Virus record (IMG/VR): IMGVR_UViG_3300048997_000130
Location: 32,001-96,000 of that record
Length of the DNA stretch: 64,000 nt
Source of the DNA: a virus
Direction: 5' to 3' (one strand)
Both the position numbers and the translations under genes were made by a program. The notes below the pieces were generated by a model. That model saw nothing but the letters and a program-made list of their open reading frames with translations. It made no database searches and was not told the origin of the DNA. Shown here piece after piece: positions 20,263 to 29,322 of this stretch (positions are counted from its first letter, which is position 1; the number at the start of each line of letters is the position of its first letter).

Positions 20263-21392
20263 CGACGTACCATGCTAGTTATATAATGACGAGCTTTAAT
20301 GCCCAAGTCCAAATTAGATTCTCGTATGCAAGCTAACGCTGGTAATTCTTTGTGTTGATATTCCAGAGTTATATCGTTATCTAAATATCCTAAAATAGAA
20401 ACAAAATGTTTGACCGGAAAATCAGCTTCGAAATTCCCACCACGCATAATTTGGCATTCCAGACGTGATATTTCTTCAGTACCATTCCGAATTTCTAATT
20501 CACCACCGTTATCATCATTTTTTTGAACTAAAAAGCTTAATCTCTGAGTACCATCCATGGCCAAAGATACCCAACTCAAACATTTCTTTAAACTTTCTCC
20601 ATTTAAAGAAATAGAATGTTGATAATCCGTTTCTGGCATCGACTCATAACTGGGTTTATTACAAGTGACTTTGCTGAACGCTATGATAGACTGGGTTGCA
20701 GGATCAATCATATAGAGCCGCGCGGCATCGTGACATAGCTGAACGGTCTCTGACGTGGCTTTGGAACAAAACGATCGAATAACAGGTAAATCAGAACTAA
20801 TTATGCTCAAGTCAAAATTCAATCCATTCATAGAAGCAATGGTCGCATAGAAGCGAGCGATGGACACTGCACATCCATAATCAGAATAAAAATGAATTTG
20901 ATTAATTCGCATATCATCTTCAGTCTTAGTTTCTCGGATCAGAGCTGAACAGGATAATTGCTTCAGCAAATGATCAAAGCTCTTAGACTGGACTTCATAT
21001 AAATCCAAATCAGCTGGAAAATCTGGAATTTTCGGACGACGAGCCTTAAGCGCGCGCGGCTTTAGACTCACCATTCGATTAGTTCCGTCACCTTCAACGC
21101 GAATTTTTAAATTCTTATCGTTAACAGTAATAATTATCTTATCTAAATCCGTATCAAATAATGCAATCCTATCAGTAGTTATATAAAATTCTTCAGATCG
21201 ATAATCCGGCTCAACATCTGATTGTTGAGAATATTGAACAATCGATTTTACATAACTCCGTTTGTTATATGAAAATATAACAGCAAATCGCTCGAAAAAT
21301 TGGAAACTAAAATCATTAGTTTCCGGTTTAACGAGCCGAGCAATAGCAATACCGCGTTTTAAAGCATTGGCATCAAAGATGAATTTAGACAT
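20259..21392 (-). CDS. diverged DNA sliding clamp (DnaN/beta-like)
   Basis: 377 aa (beta-clamp size), threefold alpha/beta pattern, clamp-like segments (KPSY...ISLNGESLKKCL; ADFPVKHFVSILGYLDNDITL); context with dnaX/holA/holB. Confidence 0.55.
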   Translation of the reverse strand: MSKFIFDANALKRGIAIARLVKPETNDFSFQFFERFAVIFSYNKRSYVKSIVQYSQQSDVEPDYRSEEFYITTDRIALFDTDLDKIIITVNDKNLKIRVEGDGTNRMVSLKPRALKARRPKIPDFPADLDLYEVQSKSFDHLLKQLSCSALIRETKTEDDMRINQIHFYSDYGCAVSIARFYATIASMNGLNFDLSIISSDLPVIRSFCSKATSETVQLCHDAARLYMIDPATQSIIAFSKVTCNKPSYESMPETDYQHSISLNGESLKKCLSWVSLAMDGTQRLSFLVQKNDDNGGELEIRNGTEEISRLECQIMRGGNFEADFPVKHFVSILGYLDNDITLEYQHKELPALACIRESNLDLGIKARHYITSMVRR

Positions 21393-21395
21393 ATA

Positions 21396-21707
21396 TCAAG
21401 ACTTATTGATATCATCTACCATCGGACGAAGCAATTTTTCAGCAGCTTCAATGTCAGATTCATAAGTATCTAGCTTTACTCGCATTACTTGATTCAAATG
21501 GTGAACTTCTTGCCGAATATTATTCGGATCGAGTCCGGCTTCTCGAGCAGCATCCATATGTTTCTTCAAATTCCGTTTCCGAGCTGCAAGTTCAGCTTCA
21601 ATATGGCTCTTTTGAGTTACTAAAGAGTCTCTTCGGATAGAGAGCTTCTGATGGCGTTTTACAAGTTCGTCAATTGAATTGGACATTTCATCACGCATGG
21701 ATTTCAC
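21396..21707 (-). CDS. coiled-coil hypothetical protein
   Basis: 103 aa with heptad pattern, beside the SbcC half. Confidence 0.55.
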   Translation of the reverse strand: MKSMRDEMSNSIDELVKRHQKLSIRRDSLVTQKSHIEAELAARKRNLKKHMDAAREAGLDPNNIRQEVHHLNQVMRVKLDTYESDIEAAEKLLRPMVDDINKS

Positions 21708-21718
21708 CTAATTATAAA

Positions 21719-22585
21719 TTACATTAACTCTATGTCAAACACAGAACTCTCTACACGATTAACTGAAGCTACACGATGATCAGCCAAATATTTGATACCA
21801 GGCTGACATGTTTGGTTATACGAACATAGTTTACAAGCAGCTGATGGAGTCGGATCGAATTTTTTATTTAAAATATTTTGAACGGTAGTCAAAGTACGAT
21901 TTCGAAGCTTCCGAAGAGATTGAGCATCATAATCTACCCATTGCAAAGCATCTTTAGGAAAGCGCCAATAAATGAATCCGATTCTAGACGGAGCAACACG
22001 AAATTTCAAATAATGTAGTAATGCATACCATATTAATTGATTGGTATCTGAATATAATTCTCTATGTTTAGATGCTTTTCCATCTAATATTGATACTCCA
22101 CGATCATAATGAATAAAATCGGATTTCCCACCAAATTTAACAGTTAGATTATGTTCGGCACTATAATATAATTGAGTTAGATCAAGTTCAGCCACGCTGT
22201 TTGGAGAAATCAAATGATATTTCCGAATAACTTCCAGCGCATGTGGAACTAACTGTTCCAATTCATATTTTATATTATCGACATACCAGGTATCGGATAA
22301 TGGATCGAATTTTTCATGTTGAAAAATTCGATCCATAGCTTTAGGTATAAGTGCCATCACATTCAATAGCACATTAGGACCCGCCCAAATCCGATTGTTA
22401 TAGAACCATTCAAAAATTTTTCCAATAATTGATCCGAACATTGAATCGCGTGGATCGCGTGGTTTTCCGGGCTCCTTTACAATATAATGCAAATTATATT
22501 GTAAAGGACATAAATTATAAGTACGATCGCCTGAATAACTTAAATACAGATCGTATCGAGATATTGTGGCATTAGAACGATACAT
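21719..22585 (-). CDS. PD-(D/E)XK exonuclease (RecB/AddB/Cas4-like)
   Basis: LSYS...YNLCPLQY, GKSD...ILDGK, QLIWY, C-terminal CKLCSYNQTC (4-Cys Fe-S arrangement). Confidence 0.8.
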   Translation of the reverse strand: MYRSNATISRYDLYLSYSGDRTYNLCPLQYNLHYIVKEPGKPRDPRDSMFGSIIGKIFEWFYNNRIWAGPNVLLNVMALIPKAMDRIFQHEKFDPLSDTWYVDNIKYELEQLVPHALEVIRKYHLISPNSVAELDLTQLYYSAEHNLTVKFGGKSDFIHYDRGVSILDGKASKHRELYSDTNQLIWYALLHYLKFRVAPSRIGFIYWRFPKDALQWVDYDAQSLRKLRNRTLTTVQNILNKKFDPTPSAACKLCSYNQTCQPGIKYLADHRVASVNRVESSVFDIELM

Positions 22586-22603
22586 TAAATATTAGTATAC
22601 CAA

Positions 22604-23710
22604 TTATTCATCAACAAGGCCAGCTTCAGCAGCTTCAGCGGTATCAAGAATAACTTGTTTCAGATCGGTCGGATAATCAGTCCGCTCTAACTGCGCCAAA
22701 AAATTTTGTACTCCACCATCTTGAGGAGTTTGAGACTGCGTGCGTAATATGTGTATGAAATCTTCTAAATCGCGGCGATTAGTATCAAGTGTTTTTTTGA
22801 GTTCTAAATCAAATATTTGTTTAGCGTCATCACATGGAATTTTATGAACATCAATAGAAATACCTTGAGAATTGCATGTAATATGAGTAACTTTGGGGAT
22901 CCTATCTAAATTCTCAAAAGTTAATGCACCACGTGATACTGCTCCAACATTCACAAATTGAACACCTAAATGGGTTTGGACACCTTGGTCTTTGTGATAA
23001 TGTCCGAACACATATACATCAGGGCATCCTTCATATACTAAATCGCGATAATCAAAAATTTTCTCGCTGAAGAATGAACTAAATTTCTCACTCGGAGAGT
23101 GAGCAGCAAGTGCATGTACTAAAGCAATTGTATAGGTATCGCCGTCTCGCTTCCGGACTTTATCACGGAGTCCTTCATCATCAAGGTCAACAGTGAAATC
23201 GACACCAACCACTCGAACATTCATAGATCCAGATGTAAAAGTCTGATCTTGAATGTGTTGGAACACATTCGATCGATATAATACTCCAATTGGTTGGCGT
23301 GGTATTGATCCAGGATCATTATAAGACATATCGTGATTGCCGGACACTGCATGCGTCGGACAGGAATATGCACGGTGAATGCGAGCAACTTCAGCCACGG
23401 TCCCCATAGTAGTTTTGTTAGAGGCCTTTACGTGAAAGAGATCGCCAATTCTGAACAAAGCGTCCGCTGAAACTCGCTTCGCAAGCTCGCCTTGCCAAAT
23501 CATTTTCTGCAAAATTGAATTTTTGTAATTATCTTTGCGAAAACCCGGAGCTATCTCGCAAAGATGCTCGTCGGATGACGTGACAAAACGAATTTCAGAC
23601 ATATTAAATATTACACTCCAAAATCCAACGTTTATTATTGGAATTGTTTCTTTATAAATTAAACAATCACTCGGTAACGTATAAATTACGCGGGCATAGT
23701 CTAATTGCAA
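22604..23710 (-). CDS. sbcD: SbcD/Mre11 metallophosphoesterase nuclease
   Basis: SDEH, GDLFH, GNHD, GHYH motifs; probable start MSEIRFVTSSD. Confidence 0.85.
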   Translation of the reverse strand: MQLDYARVIYTLPSDCLIYKETIPIINVGFWSVIFNMSEIRFVTSSDEHLCEIAPGFRKDNYKNSILQKMIWQGELAKRVSADALFRIGDLFHVKASNKTTMGTVAEVARIHRAYSCPTHAVSGNHDMSYNDPGSIPRQPIGVLYRSNVFQHIQDQTFTSGSMNVRVVGVDFTVDLDDEGLRDKVRKRDGDTYTIALVHALAAHSPSEKFSSFFSEKIFDYRDLVYEGCPDVYVFGHYHKDQGVQTHLGVQFVNVGAVSRGALTFENLDRIPKVTHITCNSQGISIDVHKIPCDDAKQIFDLELKKTLDTNRRDLEDFIHILRTQSQTPQDGGVQNFLAQLERTDYPTDLKQVILDTAEAAEAGLVDE

Positions 23711-23749
23711 GGCGCAAATTCACCCCGGATTTGAGATGTTAGGTCAAAA

Positions 23750-26700
23750 CTAACTGCCCGCTCCAACAGCTTGAAGTGCTTCTACGAGAGTCTCGGGAGC
23801 ACGCAAACTCTCTAAAACAAATTCGGAAATTTGTTTTCCTAAATCTGAATTCCGAACGTTATCGCGTTCATTGGCAGCAGCATATAAAAATGCGTTCGGA
23901 TCACCGAATAGAAATACCTTTTTCTTGGCACGAGTAATAGCTGTATAAATAAGATTCCGATATAACATCATCCCGTATTGCATAGTCATTGGCATAAGGA
24001 TATAATCGAACTCTCTACCTTGGCAATTCCATCCGCAAAATCCATTTTGAATAAAACGATGACCATCCGGGACTTCAACACACATAGATGGTCCATCAAA
24101 TATCTCAATACGCGATATAACACTATGATGGAATTTAATCCGCTCCCGTAAAGCTCGTGATTCGTTGTTTTCTATCTGAATCCGAGATAATAGGGATTCC
24201 AATTGATGGCGAGACATATAACCACGCGTCAGAACATTTTTGTCCGCAAAAGTAAAAAATTTAGGACCACCGTTAATATCTCTAATTGATAACGCTTCAG
24301 CTTTAAGTATTGGAACTTGATAATGGCATTCATTTCCATATAGAGATTTCGCTCGTAGTTGTTTCTCATCAGTTATGAAACCGATAACATCAGCAAATCG
24401 ACCAACATTCCGACCATATATATAAATAATACGATAAGTTTTCACACACCCATCACTCAGTGTTTGACGACGCTCGCCATATCCAGATATGATGCCAAAA
24501 CGAAGTAACATCACTTTCACGTCTTTATATAATGATTCATAGCAGGTTAGTAACTCAATATGATCAACAGTCCCTAGATCTGGATTCATATTGACAGTGC
24601 CATCTTCAAACAAACCGCGCAAGAAGGCTGCTTGCACGGTCAGTGAAGAACGTAAAACAGATAATGGAACAGATTTATTTTCCGGTCCGATTCCTCCAAT
24701 ATCTAGAAGCCAGCGAGATAAAAATGTGGAATGGACTTCAATACCAGCGGTTCCGTTATGATCAATATGTTTCGGATGGCATTTAAAAAGTAACTTACAT
24801 AATTCATCGAAACGTATGATTACATCATTGGATGATGTAATCATACGAAATCCACCATCAAACACAGTTCCATCTGCGACCATTATGCCAAGAAATTCCG
24901 CCATATGAACATCCAATTCCGTAGGCACCGGATATTGGACTTCATTATAATGACCGCTGATAGGAGCAGGAAGAAACCTATTCGATTGCTCCCCCCATTG
25001 AACGCCAAGACGCAAAGCCAGTAAATTTCCTTCCACAAGCTCTGAAGCCGGACGACGAATATATCCATATTTAGAATCCCAAGTATCCATTCCATGATCA
25101 GGAGTGGTTTCAAGTACGTAACCATCTGAAGTGGTTATACGAAGCATACGACTGGAAGGATTATTGACTTTGGAATGATATTCAGCGCCGCCAGAAGGAG
25201 TAGCAATAGAACCATCAGATGGTATATCAGAAATCCGAATTAAACCTTCTGGAGTCTCAACTAGTGTATCCGGAGACACACATTTATGCGCTGTACATGC
25301 ATATGCAACATTCAACATTGAACGACATTCTTCAATCTTGAATGTGAATGTCTTATCTATATATTCAGGAACAGTAGATTCATGATTGAACCATTCAAAT
25401 ATTTTGACTTCAACCACGTCATCTTTAGCCGATATACGTTGGACTTTTCCAACGTCTCCATTGAAAATCATTCTATCATAGTCATTCTTCACGACCATGA
25501 TTCGATCCCCTTCATATAAATCACAAACGCCATGTTTTATTTTATAAGCATTGCCAGCGATATACATAGGATTTAATATCTCTCGCAATTTCTTATTTAG
25601 ATTATTAACTCCAAGTTCGCCATCATATTTAGGAGCAATAACTTGAAATAATGCGTCACGTGTCATCATTCTTTCAGTGAGGGCACATATTTCGTCAGCT
25701 ACTTGAGGCTGTGGGAAACGGAAAAATACGAATTGAGAATCCTTTCGAAAATCAGTATCTATTGCATCCCCAGCAAGTATCTGATGTGCCACTGTTATAA
25801 TATCAGACCTATCAGTCTGTCGATAAATCCGAGTCAATGATACATGCGGAACATCATCACAACGCATCAGATTATTGAGAACATAACCAGCGCCAACTGA
25901 TGGTAATTGTGCAGAGTCCCCAACACATATCAAAATAGTAGTAGATGGAAGCGCCGAAATTAAATGATAAAATGTTGCTCCATCAACCATTGAAGTTTCA
26001 TCAACAATGACAGCATCAACATGGAATTTATTCGATGAATGAAATTCCCATCCGCCATCTCGTTTATATCCAAGAGCCCGATGAATTGTAGAAGCCGGTT
26101 TCCCCGTCACTTGTGATAATCGTTTAGAAGCAATACCAGTTGGTGATAATAATACATAATGTAGATGATTCTCTTCGAATAAATCAACAAATGCAGAAAT
26201 TAATGTGGTCTTCCCGGTTCCAGGATAACCTGATATAACACACACTTTGGAATGTTCAAGCAGCATTAATGCTTGACGTTGATGCTCCGAAAGCGTTATA
26301 TTACGACGTTTTTCATATTTATCCAAAAATCCAGATAGATCACCCAAATCTTTTGGTCCATTGGCAAGTAAGTCCACTAAATATTTAGCAGATTCAGATT
26401 CATATTGCCAATTTTGGATTGAATATATTCGGGAATTATCAACGACTATATCATCATCTTCTTTTAATTGATCAAGAGCTGTGTAGAACGAAATATCTGA
26501 TAAATATTCACCATGAGAAAATGGATCGAGTCCAATTTTTTTGAACAGCCTTTGAACATACTCACGAATCTGATCCGCGGATACATACATATGTCCTTCA
26601 GATGATGATAATTCATGGATGATATATAAAATCATTGCATTAACACGGCGTTGATCGTCTCGACCGACTCCCAATTGCCGAGCAACGTTATCGGACGTTT

Positions 26701-27277
26701 GAAATCCAACGCCAGGACATTCATACAGCCAGTATGGATTTTCTTTGACTAATCGAACTGATTCAATTCCGAATCTAGTATATACGGATCGAATCTGAGA
26801 AGCAGTTAAACCTAAATTACTAAGGAATATTGCGGCCGTTCTCTGTTCAGAAGCTACTCGCCACTCATCAATTATAGATTCAATCTGTTTCTGGCTAAGA
26901 AAATCACAATCGGCAAGCTTTTCGGGCTCCGTATCCAACAATGTTATAAGATCATCACCATAAACTGCATATAATTTTCCAGCTGTTACTGGACCAATGG
27001 ACGGAACGTTATTCACTAAATATGTGATTATTCCAGATCTACTTTTTTCTGGTAATACTTCACAAGTAGTCATTCGAAATTCACGTCCATACTGGGGATG
27101 ATCGCCCCAGATGCCACGTGCATGAATTTTAATACCGACAGCTACAGGTTGACCAAGGAATGATCCCTTAACTGTAACTACAGACGCTGGTTTCTCAGGT
27201 TGAACCTTAAGAATATAATATCCAGTGCCCCGGTTGGAATACATAATTCCAACAATTTTTCCGATGAGTTCTTCCAC
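23750..27277 (-). CDS. recD2: RecD2/TraA-family SF1B helicase, intein-containing
   Basis: N-terminal HhH (IGPVTA), GYPGTGKT, IVDETSM, GDSAQLPSVGAG, IYRQ, AYACTAHK/CQG, IYTAITRAK. Confidence 0.92.
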   Translation of the reverse strand: MEELIGKIVGIMYSNRGTGYYILKVQPEKPASVVTVKGSFLGQPVAVGIKIHARGIWGDHPQYGREFRMTTCEVLPEKSRSGIITYLVNNVPSIGPVTAGKLYAVYGDDLITLLDTEPEKLADCDFLSQKQIESIIDEWRVASEQRTAAIFLSNLGLTASQIRSVYTRFGIESVRLVKENPYWLYECPGVGFQTSDNVARQLGVGRDDQRRVNAMILYIIHELSSSEGHMYVSADQIREYVQRLFKKIGLDPFSHGEYLSDISFYTALDQLKEDDDIVVDNSRIYSIQNWQYESESAKYLVDLLANGPKDLGDLSGFLDKYEKRRNITLSEHQRQALMLLEHSKVCVISGYPGTGKTTLISAFVDLFEENHLHYVLLSPTGIASKRLSQVTGKPASTIHRALGYKRDGGWEFHSSNKFHVDAVIVDETSMVDGATFYHLISALPSTTILICVGDSAQLPSVGAGYVLNNLMRCDDVPHVSLTRIYRQTDRSDIITVAHQILAGDAIDTDFRKDSQFVFFRFPQPQVADEICALTERMMTRDALFQVIAPKYDGELGVNNLNKKLREILNPMYIAGNAYKIKHGVCDLYEGDRIMVVKNDYDRMIFNGDVGKVQRISAKDDVVEVKIFEWFNHESTVPEYIDKTFTFKIEECRSMLNVAYACTAHKCVSPDTLVETPEGLIRISDIPSDGSIATPSGGAEYHSKVNNPSSRMLRITTSDGYVLETTPDHGMDTWDSKYGYIRRPASELVEGNLLALRLGVQWGEQSNRFLPAPISGHYNEVQYPVPTELDVHMAEFLGIMVADGTVFDGGFRMITSSNDVIIRFDELCKLLFKCHPKHIDHNGTAGIEVHSTFLSRWLLDIGGIGPENKSVPLSVLRSSLTVQAAFLRGLFEDGTVNMNPDLGTVDHIELLTCYESLYKDVKVMLLRFGIISGYGERRQTLSDGCVKTYRIIYIYGRNVGRFADVIGFITDEKQLRAKSLYGNECHYQVPILKAEALSIRDINGGPKFFTFADKNVLTRGYMSRHQLESLLSRIQIENNESRALRERIKFHHSVISRIEIFDGPSMCVEVPDGHRFIQNGFCGWNCQGREFDYILMPMTMQYGMMLYRNLIYTAITRAKKKVFLFGDPNAFLYAAANERDNVRNSDLGKQISEFVLESLRAPETLVEALQAVGAGS
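24026..25282 (-). mobile_element. intein with LAGLIDADG endonuclease in recD2 (419 aa)
   Basis: Starts CVSPDT, ends CVEVPDGHRFIQNGFCGWN followed by Cys; blocks LGIMVADG and FLRGLFEDG. Confidence 0.9.
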
Positions 27278-27295
27278 TGAATTGTACTTATTAGG

Positions 27296-28108
27296 TTAGG
27301 ATTGGATAGTGATTAAGTTATATAAATCAGTCTCACTAAGCACAGGAACGTTATATTTCCTGGCATTCTTCATTTTACTAGAATTTGTATCTGGATTATT
27401 GGTAACTAAGTAGGATGTGGTCTTAGACACAGAACTTTTAGGGAATCCCCCGACATCCATAATATCTCTTTCAACTGCTTTCCTGGGTCGAGTAAGTTCT
27501 CCAGTTATGCAAAGCGTCTTTCCTGATAGTATACCACCAACAGCTTGACGTACGTTTATTACTGACACTAAATCAATAAATAATTCACGTCTAAATAATA
27601 AACCTTCTTGAATTTGACGAGCTGTCTTCTCTCCAATATTCGGAACTGCTCTTAAAGCATCATAATCAATATTCAAGATTTTGTCAACAGTATTAAAACC
27701 AGCTTGAATTAAATCAGTAGCCGTACTTATTCCAAAATTTGGAATATTTAATGATGCAAGAATTAATTCTAAAGACAAATCTTTATTACTGTGTAATACT
27801 TCATAACATTTAGCAGCCATTTTCGGACCAGAGCAATATTGTTCTAAATCAGCAACAGTTAATCGATATAAATCAGCAACAGATTTAACGATTGAATTGG
27901 ATGAAATAATAGCATCTATAGTAGCATCTCCCCAATGCAGAAGTCCAAGATTTCGAATCCAAACTTTTAGAGAACCCGATAATTTCGATGGACAGACGTT
28001 ATTCTTACAATATAAAAAATCACCTTGAATTATAGTTACACTAGAACAAATCGGACAGAATTCGGGAATTTTGAATAATATGGGATCCACTATAATATAA
28101 ACATACAA
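27296..28108 (-). CDS. ligA: NAD-dependent DNA ligase, C-terminal half (Zn finger, HhH, BRCT)
   Basis: CPICSS...YCKNNVC zinc finger, HhH repeats (IPNFGISTA, VPNIGEKTA), BRCT GKTLCITG...SSVSKTTSYLV. Confidence 0.88.
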   Translation of the reverse strand: MYVYIIVDPILFKIPEFCPICSSVTIIQGDFLYCKNNVCPSKLSGSLKVWIRNLGLLHWGDATIDAIISSNSIVKSVADLYRLTVADLEQYCSGPKMAAKCYEVLHSNKDLSLELILASLNIPNFGISTATDLIQAGFNTVDKILNIDYDALRAVPNIGEKTARQIQEGLLFRRELFIDLVSVINVRQAVGGILSGKTLCITGELTRPRKAVERDIMDVGGFPKSSVSKTTSYLVTNNPDTNSSKMKNARKYNVPVLSETDLYNLITIQS

Positions 28109-28130
28109 GAAAGACTATCATTCAAAACCT

Positions 28131-28682
28131 TTATTCAGTTTCAGATTCCTCTTTAGGTTTTTCTTCTTTATCATCTTCGTATTCATCGAAATCCTCCGAA
28201 CCTTCCAAATCTAATTCCGTTTCAAAATCTTCTTCTGGTCGTTGCGGAGCAGGGGCTGGAGTTGGTTCAGGAGTCGGAGCAGGGGCTGGAGACATTACAG
28301 GTTCATGCCCAAAGGTCTTCTCGCGAACCATTGCGGCATCACCATCATGGAATCCTTTCATAAATTCATTCATATCTTCCCCAATATCCAAGACACGTGT
28401 GGAAATAGATTCCAATCCACTGAGTTCAGCTCCGACGAAATCACTTTGAAGCCGAGCTAATTTAGAATATGTAACTGATAAGTCCTTCAGAATATCGGCA
28501 ATATATGAATTGACTCTCTGCCATTCAGCATCATGTTCAGAATCATGTTCAGAATTATTACCAGATAATGCTGAATTTACTTCATACGCCACTCGTGAAA
28601 AAGATTTTCCAGTAATAGAGTCCACTGAATTATCCAATAATACAGAAGTAGTTCTGGCGACATTTGCAAAATGGGAATCCAT
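28131..28682 (-). CDS. acidic hypothetical protein with Pro-Ala linker
   Basis: 183 aa; helical body, PAPAP repeats, D/E-rich tail. Confidence 0.6.
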   Translation of the reverse strand: MDSHFANVARTTSVLLDNSVDSITGKSFSRVAYEVNSALSGNNSEHDSEHDAEWQRVNSYIADILKDLSVTYSKLARLQSDFVGAELSGLESISTRVLDIGEDMNEFMKGFHDGDAAMVREKTFGHEPVMSPAPAPTPEPTPAPAPQRPEEDFETELDLEGSEDFDEYEDDKEEKPKEESETE

Positions 28683-28767
28683 GTTATTATTAAAATAAAT
28701 TAAAAATCCAGGTTCAGTAAATTTAATATAAATTCATTTTATTCAAATAAGATAATAATTATGTTAA

Positions 28768-29322
28768 CGCCGTTACCTGAATAAATTAAATTTAATAGTT
28801 AGTTCCAAATTACGAGCCATTAATATAATAATTTCGAAAATCCCAGCAATTGATGCTGACTCATTTTATGATGCATATCATTATATCGGAAAATGCAAAG
28901 CTAAAATAAACTATGGTGTATATTTTGAAGAACAATTAATTGCATGCGCCACATTCAAACCTCCAACTCGCCAATCCAAACATCCTTGGGAATTAGTCCG
29001 AATGACTTCCCATCCACAATTCCGCGTTCATGGCATTTGGTCCAAAATCTTGAAACAATTTATTCAAGATTTTGGACCAAAGTCAATTGTGAGTTTTTCA
29101 GATAATAGGTTATTCTCTGGGAAAGTTTACGAGAAAATTGGATTCCAGTTTGATGGTGACGTCCGACCTGATTATTATTGGGTGAAAGGTCAAAACCGAT
29201 ACCATAAATCGGTATTGCGTAAAAAACCGGGAGAAGTTGGTACTGAAACTATACTCCGTCAAATTGATGGTTTCCGGAAAATTTGGGACTTAGGAAAGAA
29301 ACGTTGGGTGTTAACATTATGA
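28768..29322 (+). CDS. stand-alone GNAT-like module of Hef/Mom-related endonuclease proteins, no canonical start
   Basis: The frame of the tracked ORF (29002) stays open back to a TAA at 28765-28767 and reads ...YDAYHYIGKC...YGVYFEEQLIACATF...WELVRM...VSFSDNRLFSGKVYEKIGF...GFRKIWDLGK; TGA overlaps the ligA-N ATG. Confidence 0.6.
   Translation, partial: RRYLNKLNLIVSSKLRAINIIISKIPAIDADSFYDAYHYIGKCKAKINYGVYFEEQLIACATFKPPTRQSKHPWELVRMTSHPQFRVHGIWSKILKQFIQDFGPKSIVSFSDNRLFSGKVYEKIGFQFDGDVRPDYYWVKGQNRYHKSVLRKKPGEVGTETILRQIDGFRKIWDLGKKRWVLTL

Noticed and set aside
21719-22585. Cas4 / CRISPR association
   Set aside because: No repeats, spacers or other cas genes; the recombination-operon context fits a solo AddB/Cas4-like exonuclease.
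28241-28290. GGAGCAGGGGCTGGAG repeats as inversion recombination sites
   Set aside because: They encode a PAPAP linker, are direct repeats, and do not lie at the inferred breakpoints.
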